A DNA stretch of 64,000 bases from an uncultured archaeon (GTDB lineage: Archaea > Thermoplasmatota > Penumbrarchaeia > JASLWR01): assembly GCA_964430885.1 (NCBI GenBank), contig CAYSHM010000006.1, forward strand, positions 1 to 64,000. Reading direction: 5' to 3'. A model generated the notes under the pieces. That model was not told the origin of the DNA. It worked only from the letters and a program-made list of their open reading frames with translations, and did no database searches. Positions 21,001 to 30,808 of the stretch are shown in pieces. Numbering within the stretch: the stretch's first letter is position 1; each line of letters opens with the position of its first letter. Position numbers and translations under genes: made by a program.

Positions 21001-22428
21001 ATGACATTGATACTACCTGGAGTAGAGATAGAAGTAGTAAAGGAAATAGTTGTCGGACAACTGAATCCCGCTGGAATTTTCGGCCTTGTGGGAATTACCG
21101 AGGAAAATGAGGACGGAACTCCAAAAGCTGTGGATAGAGAAGGGTCTTACAAAGGATTAAAGGGACTTTTCGGAAAGAGTATCGAATTCACCATTCCTGA
21201 AGCTAAACAGGCTTATCAGAACGGTGTTTCAGAGATTGTTGTATCACCGATACATAGTGCCTCAGCCAAGGCGGCGATCCTTGCATTAAACGATGCAAAG
21301 GGAAACAAGGTAGCTACCCTGACCGCCAGGGCCAGGGGAGTCTGGGGGAACGGTATCAACGTGAAGATCAGTTCCAAGATGGACGGAGAGGGAAAAAAGA
21401 CCCTTTTCACCATGACCCTTGCATATAAAGGAGCAGTGGAATTTTATGACAATCTATCCATGGTCGAGACCAATGATAGATATTTCGTAAATATAGTAAA
21501 TCAGCTCTCCGATCTTATCCGTATGGAAGCAGGAAAAGCCGCAGGCGGTAAAAAGGGAAAGGACGCCGCAGCAGCTCTAGAACTTCCGGCAGATTTTGAA
21601 GGCAGTCTTTCTGGAGCTACAGATCCCACCGCAAAGGACTACGAAGATGCCCTTTCCAAGCTGGAGAGCGAGGAGGATGTGGACCTTGTAGCAGCATCCG
21701 TCCATACATGGAAGGACCGAGGGTTGGCCAAAAGTGTTTATGCCGCTATTGAGGCACACTGCAATGTTATGAGCCAGAACTGTTTCAACAGGATTGGTTT
21801 CGGTGAAGCTCCGCCTCCTGAAGAATTTGCAGACCAGAAGGACGAGGTCGATTTTATCACCAAGCAGACCAATGTCCTCAACAGCGACAGGTTTGTTTAT
21901 GTAGCCCCCCACGGCGCACTAGGTGCTGTTGTCGGTCTAATAGGCAATCTGAACTACTACCAATCACCCACCTTCAAGACCCTGAGCGGGCTGACTGGTT
22001 TGGAGAGCAAATATTCTCCTACCAACCTCAAGAAACTCCTGGTGGCCAAGATACTTGCGCTTGAGATAAAGAAGGGCAGAGGGATCATTATTGAGAAAGG
22101 CATCGCTACTTCAGGCGAACAGATCTCAGTTCAGAGAGTAGCCGACAGATCAGTAAGAGGTACAAAGATGATCGGCGACCTCTTCATAGGGACTCTCAAC
22201 AACATGTCCGGCAGGGCAGCTTTAAAGGAGAAGATCACCGAGTTCTTCCTGCAGATGGAGAAGGACGGCGGTATTGTTCCAAATGCTGACGGATCCGACC
22301 CGGCCTACAAGGTCGATGTATATGCCACCGACGATGATATCTCAAAAGGTATCGTCAGAGTGGATGTGGCTGTCAGACCGGTAAGAGCCATTGACTATAT
22401 CTACGGAACAATCCTTGTCAGGGCATAG
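21001..22428 (+). CDS. Contractile tail sheath protein (phage sheath/eCIS type)
   Basis: N-terminal LPGVEIEV, TARARGVWGNGINVKI, E.YDNLSM…RYF..IVN, and C-terminal ISVQRVAD…FIGTLN…VDVAVRPVRAIDYIY; GGAGG SD at 20989-20993. Confidence 0.88.
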   Translation: MTLILPGVEIEVVKEIVVGQLNPAGIFGLVGITEENEDGTPKAVDREGSYKGLKGLFGKSIEFTIPEAKQAYQNGVSEIVVSPIHSASAKAAILALNDAKGNKVATLTARARGVWGNGINVKISSKMDGEGKKTLFTMTLAYKGAVEFYDNLSMVETNDRYFVNIVNQLSDLIRMEAGKAAGGKKGKDAAAALELPADFEGSLSGATDPTAKDYEDALSKLESEEDVDLVAASVHTWKDRGLAKSVYAAIEAHCNVMSQNCFNRIGFGEAPPPEEFADQKDEVDFITKQTNVLNSDRFVYVAPHGALGAVVGLIGNLNYYQSPTFKTLSGLTGLESKYSPTNLKKLLVAKILALEIKKGRGIIIEKGIATSGEQISVQRVADRSVRGTKMIGDLFIGTLNNMSGRAALKEKITEFFLQMEKDGGIVPNADGSDPAYKVDVYATDDDISKGIVRVDVAVRPVRAIDYIYGTILVRA

Positions 22429-22441
22429 ATAGAATAATTAG

Positions 22442-22513
22442 ACATCGCGGTTCGAAAATAGCCCCGATGTAAAACATTGAGCATGGAGGTTTTTTATCCA
22501 TGCTCATATTTTT
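22442..22513 (+). terminator. Double hairpin plus T-tract downstream of the sheath gene
   Basis: ACATCG…CGATGT imperfect stem, then TGAGCATGGA-9nt-TCCATGCTCA perfect 10-bp stem followed by a T-rich run. Confidence 0.65.
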
Positions 22514-22569
22514 AATCTTTTAATCATTTAATAATGGCCAGTTTTTTCAATCTTTTTCAAATGGGATTC

Positions 22570-24273
22570 TTATTTCATAATCAGATATTTTGATATGGAT
22601 CGGGCACTCTCTTCATTTCCGATTATTTCTATTAATTCCTTTATGGATCCGGGTCTTTTCCTAAAAATAGTAGCCGCTCTTTTTTTTCCGATTCCAGGTA
22701 TTGCCATCAATTCCTTGTAATTTGTGTCTTCGATATGGATCGGATACCTAATACCTGTTACACTCCTGTAGCCATGGCTGGTAATGATGATATCATAGGA
22801 TCTATTCAATTCCAAAGGATATTCAGCACCGCATAACAGAGGATAGGAACCTATTTGCCGTCCGAAGGTTCGATTTCCCTCCTTTTTCTCCATAAACACA
22901 TCACGAAGAATTGATCCGGTAGGCAATAGCCTTTCAAGCATTGGCTGGTCAATATTCTCCCTGACCTTGGATTTGAACCTCTTAAAGACCGATGGGTACT
23001 TCAAATGGAACTTATCCCTGTGGGATAATACCTGCCTAATGTTTATCCTTCTTAATAGCAGCCCTTTATTCAGTATGCAACTGAGGAACTCATAATTCAT
23101 ATCATAGGTTCCTTCACTCTCCCCCTTTAACCCGCACAATATATTAATTCCTGGCAGCAGTTTCGGAAGGCCGTTGCTCCCCCGTTCACTGCCAGCTTTA
23201 TTGATCAGTTCAACGGCAAACATGACATCATGGGGTTTTGCGTTCAGATTGTTCATTTCTATAACCTTTGGGTCAGCCGATTCCATACCTAATGCCAATA
23301 CGTTACCAGGGGTACAGTATTCGGATAAGCAATCTAGAATCCTTCGAGATTCTTCAGGGTAGCGGGCAATTACAGCGGGATTGGCATTATCCACATGGAG
23401 AACCTCGATATCCGGGCATTGTTCTCTTATATTTCTGAATAACCAAAGTATCGCATCAGGGTTCGGATTAGGAGTTTCACACTCTCCCAGATTTTCAGCC
23501 ATGTATGATATGATGCAGGACTGACCTCCGACTCTGAAATTTCTAATTCCCAATCCGTACAAAGCAGAGATCTCCCGAAGGATATCCTCGGGTTTCCTGA
23601 ATACTGGTTTTCCATATTCCGGTTCCGAGCAGAAACTGCATCCCCCGGTGAAGTATCTTACGCAGCCCCTGTAGCTGAGGATCTCGATTATCAGGCTTTT
23701 GGGAAAGAGGGGATGTTCTTTCACTACCGAAGCGCCTTTAATAAGCCAAGTCTCCAGATCCTCGCTGCTGAGAGTTCCAATTTCGGCCGTTCCTTTCAAA
23801 TACAAATCCAAGATCACACTGAGATCCGATCGGGATATGAAATCGAATCCATGGTCATTGTTTCTTGATGAAAAGATCTTATTCTTTGCCAGTGGCCCCC
23901 CTAAAAAGGATATGCTAGGGTGGTGGGAGATCTCAAGAGCTTCCCTTAAACTAACAGGGGTTCCTGCAAGATACCTTCCTGGAACGGTCACTCCACCGTG
24001 AAGTATGACGATTTTGGCTCTTGGAAATATATCATTTCTATATTGATCGATTGTGACATATTTCCAATCCAGACCATGCTCTTCCAATACTCCTGCAATC
24101 AGTCTTGGTTCAGGGGATATATAGGGTGGGACTCCCAGAAGACTAGGTTCATCTACATAACCGTCGATTATGAGGGCGTCCAGCGGTCTAACCTTTTTAT
24201 TTATGTTTGTTTTACTTCTTTTCCTGCTTATGTCTATCACCACGAAGATATGAAATACCCTTATGTTGGACAA
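22570..24273 (-). CDS. Radical SAM protein with C-terminal helix-hairpin-helix (COG1031-like)
   Basis: IIDGYVDEPS.LGVPPYISP, RGC…GGCSFC, LHVDNANP, LLRRINIRQV, IPGIGKKRA; true start probably ~80 nt inside this ORF. Confidence 0.85.
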   Translation of the reverse strand: MSNIRVFHIFVVIDISRKRSKTNINKKVRPLDALIIDGYVDEPSLLGVPPYISPEPRLIAGVLEEHGLDWKYVTIDQYRNDIFPRAKIVILHGGVTVPGRYLAGTPVSLREALEISHHPSISFLGGPLAKNKIFSSRNNDHGFDFISRSDLSVILDLYLKGTAEIGTLSSEDLETWLIKGASVVKEHPLFPKSLIIEILSYRGCVRYFTGGCSFCSEPEYGKPVFRKPEDILREISALYGLGIRNFRVGGQSCIISYMAENLGECETPNPNPDAILWLFRNIREQCPDIEVLHVDNANPAVIARYPEESRRILDCLSEYCTPGNVLALGMESADPKVIEMNNLNAKPHDVMFAVELINKAGSERGSNGLPKLLPGINILCGLKGESEGTYDMNYEFLSCILNKGLLLRRINIRQVLSHRDKFHLKYPSVFKRFKSKVRENIDQPMLERLLPTGSILRDVFMEKKEGNRTFGRQIGSYPLLCGAEYPLELNRSYDIIITSHGYRSVTGIRYPIHIEDTNYKELMAIPGIGKKRAATIFRKRPGSIKELIEIIGNEESARSISKYLIMK

Positions 24274-24470
24274 TATTGCAGTAAGGATTAATGATAATTA
24301 ATAACATCCTTCATAACTAAAGCGAAGATGAAAAACCCTTAAGGTAAATCCATTGAAATAAAATAATATTGGCTAAATGGAGGCTCTTCCTTTTTATCCC
24401 ATTACATTTTTATATTATCAAAAGGATTGTAGAGAAGGATTTTTGAAATAGATTTCTACTGGGTGGTATC

Positions 24471-25694
24471 ATGAAGCCTGAAGAAAATGATGATGATTTC
24501 TTTGATAGTGACGATGAGCTCATGGAGCTTGTCGGTGATATGCTTTCCGAGGGTGATGAAGAGGAATCCGAGGAGAAAAAGACCATTGCAAAAAGTAAAA
24601 AGGAACGTGAAAAGGACCTTGGATCTGAAGAGGGGCCAGGGGAAAAGAAAGAAACCTCATCGCAAGTCCAAAATGCAGATGGTAAGTCTGCTGATAATGA
24701 TTTTGAATTCGACATTGAAGGATTGGACCTTATGGACGATGAAGAAAAGGTCCAGAAGACAGAAAAAATCAAAGCGGCGCCGGAATCTGAAGCTTCCCCT
24801 GTGGAAAAACCATCAATTATTGCCGCCCCTGAAGAAAAAGAAATCCCTGTCTTTGACGAAGAGGAGGTTGTGGCACTTATAAAGACCATACCACGAGTAG
24901 GAGAGGTTTTGGCAAGAAGGATAGTTGCAGGGCATATTGACAGTTATGAAAAGGCAGGGACCATTCAAATTGAGGAAATAATCAGTACAGTTGACCTAGG
25001 ACCTGTGACTGCAGGGAAAATTGTAGAAAAACTCTATGAGAGGTATACTGAGGTTCCCGGAACAGAATCAGAAGAAGAAGTAGTTGCGGATAAAGGCTCC
25101 GGTGAGGAGCTTGGACAGCCTGAAGTTGATGAAGAGAGAAAAGCAACTGAGGAAATTATTGATGACAGCGGGAAGAAGGAAGAAAAAGCAGAGAGCGATT
25201 CAAAGATTATTGATAAGGAATCTGAAGAATCTCCTGAAGCTGATAAGGCAGCTCAAGAAGGTGATGGAAAGGAAGGGAAGGCGGAGGAAGGAAAGGATGA
25301 AAAGGAAAAAGGAGCATTTTCGAAGTTCATAGGAAAGTTCAAAACTATATTTTCTAGTAAAGAGAAGAAAAAGGGCGATGACCTGGAAAATAAGGAATTG
25401 GGGGAGGAATCTGAAGAAAGTACGGATGAGAGGCCGGAAAAGCCAGAGGATGAAACCGATCGTGTAATTCAGGAATTGGAAAATGAATCCGAACCTGAAA
25501 AACCCCTGGACAAAGACGCCCAAATTGATCTGTATGTGGAGATGCTTTCAATAGATCGTAAGGTTGCGGATTCCCTATATAATATTGGGTATAAGAAAGT
25601 AGCGGACCTCAAGGAAGCCATTCCGGAGGATCTGGTGTTCGTAGAGGGTATAAATCCGACACTGGCCAGGGCGATCTGTGACAAATTGAAATGA
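24471..25694 (+). CDS. Acidic low-complexity protein with helix-hairpin-helix domains
   Basis: IPRVGEVLARRI, LGPVTAGKI and VEGINPTLARAI HhH motifs separated by E/K-rich disorder. Confidence 0.7.
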   Translation: MKPEENDDDFFDSDDELMELVGDMLSEGDEEESEEKKTIAKSKKEREKDLGSEEGPGEKKETSSQVQNADGKSADNDFEFDIEGLDLMDDEEKVQKTEKIKAAPESEASPVEKPSIIAAPEEKEIPVFDEEEVVALIKTIPRVGEVLARRIVAGHIDSYEKAGTIQIEEIISTVDLGPVTAGKIVEKLYERYTEVPGTESEEEVVADKGSGEELGQPEVDEERKATEEIIDDSGKKEEKAESDSKIIDKESEESPEADKAAQEGDGKEGKAEEGKDEKEKGAFSKFIGKFKTIFSSKEKKKGDDLENKELGEESEESTDERPEKPEDETDRVIQELENESEPEKPLDKDAQIDLYVEMLSIDRKVADSLYNIGYKKVADLKEAIPEDLVFVEGINPTLARAICDKLK

Positions 25695-25715
25695 TTCAGT
25701 ATCGAGGGATAATAT

Positions 25716-26294
25716 TTGGGACTGAAAGAAATAATTCTATTATCAGTACAATCGATGTGGCTGATGCTTCCCCTATTCATATCAAATCCCTCAGCGGTTT
25801 TTTTTGGTAATAATAAACCCATTGACGGCGGTAGGAAATGGGGAGACGGGAAGAGGATACTTGGAGACGGGAAATCGTGGGGGGGTCTAGTAGGTGGCAC
25901 CTTGGCAGGTGTTCTTGGCGGAATCATAATGGCCCTAATAGTCAGAAATATGAACGCTGGGGAGTATTGGCTATTTGGTGAAAGCCAGGGAGAGGTTCTC
26001 AAGAATGTATTTCTTGTCTCTGTGGGGGCCCTTGTGGGTGATATGTCTGCTTCATTTGTAAAGCGTAGAATGAACTTTGAAAGAGGGAAGGCAGTTCCGG
26101 GACTGGATCAGTACGATATGATACTGGGTGTTTGGATCCTCCTTATGATTTTTTCATGGGGATGGTTCTCGGTCAGGTTTATAGAATCAGGCAGATGGGT
26201 CGGTCTTATTGCAGTGCTTGTTCTAACACCAGCTTTGCACAGGGCGGCAAATATTGTCGGATATAAGATAGGTCTGAAACAGGTGCCTTGGTGA
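25716..26294 (+). CDS. carS: CDP-archaeol synthase
   Basis: PIDGGR…LGDGKSWGG, GDMSASFVKRR…RG, LDQYD, LHRAANIVGYKIGLKQVPW. Confidence 0.93.
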   Translation: MGLKEIILLSVQSMWLMLPLFISNPSAVFFGNNKPIDGGRKWGDGKRILGDGKSWGGLVGGTLAGVLGGIIMALIVRNMNAGEYWLFGESQGEVLKNVFLVSVGALVGDMSASFVKRRMNFERGKAVPGLDQYDMILGVWILLMIFSWGWFSVRFIESGRWVGLIAVLVLTPALHRAANIVGYKIGLKQVPW

Positions 26295-26483
26295 TTTTAA
26301 TAAAACTCTTATATTGCAGATATTGGTTTCTTACATGAGATTTTAATGTATAAAATTATGCTAAAAAGGCTATTTACATAATAATGAAAGTCAGTCCTCC
26401 TATCTTTGAACCAATACCTCGAAAAATAATAAATATCATGTATCGAATATCTTTCCAACCGACATTATATATTCAATTGGAGG

Positions 26484-28313
26484 ATGAATATGGTAGAACT
26501 GCTCGACTTGATTTTCAGGGATGCACACCAATCATTGTTATCGACAAGGATGAGAACGGAAGATATGCTTCCAATAACCGAGAAGATGGATCAGGTAGGA
26601 TTCTGGGGTTTGGAGGTTTGGGGGGGGGCTACATTCGACGTGCCCATCCGATATCTCAATCAGGACCCTTGGGATAGGATCAACAAGCTTAAGGCTTCAA
26701 TGCCCAATACAAGAATGGTCATGTTGGAAAGAGCTATGAACATTGTTGCATACAGCAACTTTCCCGACGATATAGTAAGAAAGTTCATCAATCTGGCCCA
26801 TAAGAACGGGGTGGATGTGTTCAGAATATTCGATGCTCTTAACGATATGAGGAACATGAAGGTTCCCATCGAAGCAGCCATTGAAGCTGGAGCTCATGCC
26901 CAGGGCTGCATATCCTATACCATAAGTCCGGTCCATACGGTCCAGAGTTATATTGATAAGTTACTTGAATTCCAAAGAATGGGATGTCAGTCAGTTTGTA
27001 TAAAGGATATGGCTGGTATGATATTTCCCCAGGATGCCTATGATATAATATCGGGATATAAAGCCGCTGGCGGGAAGATACCATTGGATCTCCACTCTCA
27101 TTCAACATCCGGTATGGAAGGTTTCGCTTACCAGCGGGCAATTGAGGCTGGTGCGGATATAGTTGACTCAGCGATCTCACCCATATCCGGAGGCACTGCA
27201 GCACCTCCTGCAGAATCTATTGTTCAGGCATTGAGAGGGACTGAATGGGATACTGGATATGACATAGGTCTTCTCATGGAGATAAGGGAGTATTTCCAGG
27301 AAGTGTGGAAGAAATACCGGCATCTCCACAGGATAAATAATCTGAAGGCAGACCCTTCGGTTACTGTCCATCAGATACCTGGAGGAATGCTTTCAAATCT
27401 TGTTTCCCAGCTTGAACAGCAGGGAGCTGCCGACAGGTACGATGATGTTCTGAAGGAAACCCCCAAGGTCAGAGCTGAAATGGGTTATCCGCCTCTGGTG
27501 ACGCCTACTTCCCAGGTCGTGGGAGTTCAGGCGGTAATGAACGTTCTTTTCGGAAGATACAAGGTTATTCCAGAGGAAACAAAGCAGTATGTGAGAGGTT
27601 TCTACGGCAGACCTCCAGCCGAGATATCCCCGAAGATCAAGGAATTGGTTCTCGGAAAAGACTGGGAAGACCAGATGGTTGACTGCCGACCTGCAGATCT
27701 TCTGGAACCCAAGTTCGATTATTATCGTGACCTCCTTGATGAGAAGGACCTCTGGAACGGCAGGGAGGAGGATGTCCTGACCTTTGCCATCTATCCTGAA
27801 GTTGGTCTGAAATTCCTCAAGGGAGAAGCCGTTGCTGAATTCACCTCGGATCAGCTGCCGCTTCCGAAGGATCATGAGATGATGAGGAACATGGTCAAAT
27901 CCATTTTCCCAGAGCACGAGGAGATCTATATTGAAACTCTGCCGCCCGAGGAGAGGACAGGTGGAGTGGCTTCCATTCCAACAGAGTTCGAGGTGGATGT
28001 TAACGGCGAACCCTTCGAGGTCAAGGTTGTTCCAACTGGCGGTTTTGTAGTTTCCCAAGGCGGAGCAGGTGGGGCTGGAGCGGGAAAACCCAAGGAAGTT
28101 GAAGGGGCAATTCACGCTCATATGCAGGGAAATCTATGGAAGATAACCGTTGCTGAGGGAGATGAGATCGGGAAGGGGGATGTGGTGGCCATCCTTGAGG
28201 TTATGAAAATGGAACAGAACATAGAGGCCACCCACAGCGGAACAGTAAAGAAGATATTTGCTAAGGAAGGCGACGCTGTGAAGAAGAACGAGCTTATTAT
28301 GCAGGTACTATAA
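26484..28313 (+). CDS. pycB: Pyruvate/2-oxoacid carboxylase subunit B (carboxyltransferase plus biotin carrier)
   Basis: RDAHQSL, EVWGGATFD, IKDMAG, HQIPGGM, PPLVTPTSQ; C-terminal biotinyl domain EVMKM. Confidence 0.92.
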   Translation: MNMVELLDLIFRDAHQSLLSTRMRTEDMLPITEKMDQVGFWGLEVWGGATFDVPIRYLNQDPWDRINKLKASMPNTRMVMLERAMNIVAYSNFPDDIVRKFINLAHKNGVDVFRIFDALNDMRNMKVPIEAAIEAGAHAQGCISYTISPVHTVQSYIDKLLEFQRMGCQSVCIKDMAGMIFPQDAYDIISGYKAAGGKIPLDLHSHSTSGMEGFAYQRAIEAGADIVDSAISPISGGTAAPPAESIVQALRGTEWDTGYDIGLLMEIREYFQEVWKKYRHLHRINNLKADPSVTVHQIPGGMLSNLVSQLEQQGAADRYDDVLKETPKVRAEMGYPPLVTPTSQVVGVQAVMNVLFGRYKVIPEETKQYVRGFYGRPPAEISPKIKELVLGKDWEDQMVDCRPADLLEPKFDYYRDLLDEKDLWNGREEDVLTFAIYPEVGLKFLKGEAVAEFTSDQLPLPKDHEMMRNMVKSIFPEHEEIYIETLPPEERTGGVASIPTEFEVDVNGEPFEVKVVPTGGFVVSQGGAGGAGAGKPKEVEGAIHAHMQGNLWKITVAEGDEIGKGDVVAILEVMKMEQNIEATHSGTVKKIFAKEGDAVKKNELIMQVL

Positions 28314-28359
28314 ATGAGGGCCTGAACAGAGGAGATTCATCTCAGGGAGGCTGATAGCT

Positions 28360-29811
28360 GTGTTAAAGAAGATCATGGTTGCCAACAGAGGCGAGATAGC
28401 AGTAAGGGTTTTCAGAGCCTGCAAGGAGCTGGGTATTACAAGTGTTGCGGTTTTTTCAGATGCGGATAGATTGGCACTTTTCACCAGATATGCTGATGAG
28501 AAATATCACATCGGACCTGCTCCGGCTTCAGAGAGCTATTTGAACATAGATAAATTAATAACAGTGGCTGTTGAGAACGGGGTTGACGGGATCCATCCAG
28601 GATATGGTTTTCTGGCGGAAAGTGTAGAATTCGCCAAGGCAGTTAAAGCTGTGGGTATCGAGTTCATAGGCCCGCCGGTGGATGCAATGACCTTGATGGG
28701 GTCCAAGATAGATTCAAAAAAGGCAATGATCGAGGTAGGAGTAAGTGTTGTTCCGGGGGTGACCGAGGCCATAAGCGATCATGAAAGGGCTAAGGAAATA
28801 GCTCTGGAGATAGGGTACCCCGTCATGCTCAAGGCCTCTGCAGGCGGTGGCGGAATAGGTATTCAGATGGTCAAGGACGAGGAGCAGATGGAGGAGACAT
28901 TGAGTTCGGTTCGGAGGCTGGCCAAAAGCTCTTTCGGTGACGATGCGGTGTTTATCGAGAAATATATCCACGAGCCAAGGCATATCGAGTATCAGATTAT
29001 CGGGGATAAGCACGGCAATATAATACATCTGTATGAAAGGGAATGCTCGGTCCAGAGAAGACATCAGAAGATAATCGAGGAAACTCCCAGCTGCGCTCTC
29101 ACCCCTGAATTAAGAGAGGAGATAGGTGCACAGGCCGTTCTAGCAGCAAAGACCGCTGGATACTACAATGCCGGCACCTGTGAGTTCATGTTCAAGGGCG
29201 GTAAGTATTATTTCCTTGAGATGAATACCCGGCTTCAGGTGGAGCACCCAATAACAGAGGTGACCACAGGTGTCGATCTTGTCAGAGAGCAGATTCGTGT
29301 GGCTTCCGGTCTGGAGTTGGAATACAGGCAGGAGGATATAAAACCAAAGGGCCACGCCTTTGAATGCAGGATAAATGCCGAGGATCCCCTTAACAATTTT
29401 CTTCCCTCACCGGATAAGATTATAAATTATGCAGAACCTTCCGGTCCGGGAATACGGGTTGATTCCGGCGTATACAGGGGTTTCACAATTCCGCCCAATT
29501 ACGATTCCATGATATCCAAGTTGATAATTTGGGCAGAGGACCGGCCCCGAGCGGTAACCCGGGCGTTGAGGGCATTATGGGAGTACCAGATCTCGGGAGT
29601 GGTGAACAATATTCCCCTTCACGAACTGATATTGAAGAGCGACATGTTCCTGAAAGGGGACTACGATACCGCTTTCCTTGACAAGACCGACATTCTGGAG
29701 AAGATAGGAGAATATGTTGCCTCCAAGAAGGACGATAGTCATGAAAAGAAGGTGGCAGCGGCTATGGCTGCCGTTTCAGCTATACTTCACGCATCCGGTC
29801 AGAAACATTAG
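28360..29811 (+). CDS. pycA: Biotin carboxylase (pyruvate carboxylase subunit A)
   Basis: ANRGEIA, HPGYGFLAE, GGGGIG, RECSVQRRHQK, EMNTRLQVEH, YDSMISKL. Confidence 0.93.
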   Translation: MLKKIMVANRGEIAVRVFRACKELGITSVAVFSDADRLALFTRYADEKYHIGPAPASESYLNIDKLITVAVENGVDGIHPGYGFLAESVEFAKAVKAVGIEFIGPPVDAMTLMGSKIDSKKAMIEVGVSVVPGVTEAISDHERAKEIALEIGYPVMLKASAGGGGIGIQMVKDEEQMEETLSSVRRLAKSSFGDDAVFIEKYIHEPRHIEYQIIGDKHGNIIHLYERECSVQRRHQKIIEETPSCALTPELREEIGAQAVLAAKTAGYYNAGTCEFMFKGGKYYFLEMNTRLQVEHPITEVTTGVDLVREQIRVASGLELEYRQEDIKPKGHAFECRINAEDPLNNFLPSPDKIINYAEPSGPGIRVDSGVYRGFTIPPNYDSMISKLIIWAEDRPRAVTRALRALWEYQISGVVNNIPLHELILKSDMFLKGDYDTAFLDKTDILEKIGEYVASKKDDSHEKKVAAAMAAVSAILHASGQKH

Positions 29812-29816
29812 ATACC

Positions 29817-30644
29817 ATGACAACAGACCTACCAATTACTATATCCCGGGACCATTTAAAGGAGTTCCTCAAGCCGAAACCTTTTTTTTTCTTTCAGGAG
29901 CATCCTTCCACAAACCAATTCTTCAAGGATTCTGATTTGGATTCGATTCCGTTCGGTGCTGTTGTTATAACAAGGAAACAAACCCGGGGAAGAGGCCGCA
30001 TGAGAAGGGAATGGTTTGGACCGGAAGGCGGACTTTGGTTCTCAGTATTATTAAAACCCCAAGTCAGCATTTCCAAGCTGCCCTTATATTCTATTATAGC
30101 TGGATTATCGACATCCCATGCTTTGAAAGATATACTGGGTGACGTTTGGTTGAAATGGCCAAATGATGTGATGGTTGGAAATAGGAAAATTTCCGGGATT
30201 CTCCTCGAGCTTGCGCGTGGAAAACACCAAGGGAATTCTCTCGGGGATGATGCGTTAGGGGGGTCTCCGAGGAATTTGATAATGGGGATCGGAGTGAATG
30301 TCAATTTCTCCTTATCGTCACTGCCTCCGTTTTTGCAGGATGCTGCCACAACCCTGCAGCATGAAACCGGGCGGAAATACAGCGAGAATGCAATATTGAT
30401 TGATATCCTCAATGAACTTTTCAATAACTGCGAACTTATTGAAAAGAATGATGGAATCGCTTCCTTATTGAATAGGTATAGGGAGCTATGCAGGACAATT
30501 GGGTCTAAAGTGACTATCGAGATGCCGGGTGGGGAGATAAAGAAAGGCCTTGCCATGGATATATCCGATAACGGCTCTCTGATAATGCTCTCGGATGATA
30601 CAGGGGAGAAGGAATTGATTCTCAGCGGTGATGTGATCTTGTGA
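29817..30644 (+). CDS. birA: Biotin--protein ligase
   Basis: STN, QTRGRGRMRREW, LKWPNDV…KISGIL, GIGVNV, SGDV. Confidence 0.93.
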   Translation: MTTDLPITISRDHLKEFLKPKPFFFFQEHPSTNQFFKDSDLDSIPFGAVVITRKQTRGRGRMRREWFGPEGGLWFSVLLKPQVSISKLPLYSIIAGLSTSHALKDILGDVWLKWPNDVMVGNRKISGILLELARGKHQGNSLGDDALGGSPRNLIMGIGVNVNFSLSSLPPFLQDAATTLQHETGRKYSENAILIDILNELFNNCELIEKNDGIASLLNRYRELCRTIGSKVTIEMPGGEIKKGLAMDISDNGSLIMLSDDTGEKELILSGDVIL

Positions 30645-30808
30645 TGCATTAATCCGATTTCCTGAATATCAAAACCCCTCAACTCTTAGAAGATGATTAT
30701 TGAAGATCCTCATTTTTATTAACCATGGCGACAATTAATTGAATGATATTAAATAAAACAAATAATTGTCAAAATAGGAATATAGTTAATCTCTAGATCG
30801 GTGTTGAA

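Noticed and set aside
23630-23680. Atypical CX7CX2C cluster motif in the radical SAM gene as a novelty
   Set aside because: As I recall, this spacing is normal for the COG1031-like family.
20090-24273. Prophage or complete eCIS locus around the sheath gene
   Set aside because: No tube, baseplate, capsid, terminase, integrase or att-like repeats are visible; the neighbours are cellular genes.
27393-30682. Long antisense ORFs (27393-28121 and 29894-30682)
   Set aside because: They are shadows of pycB and birA with no recognisable motifs.
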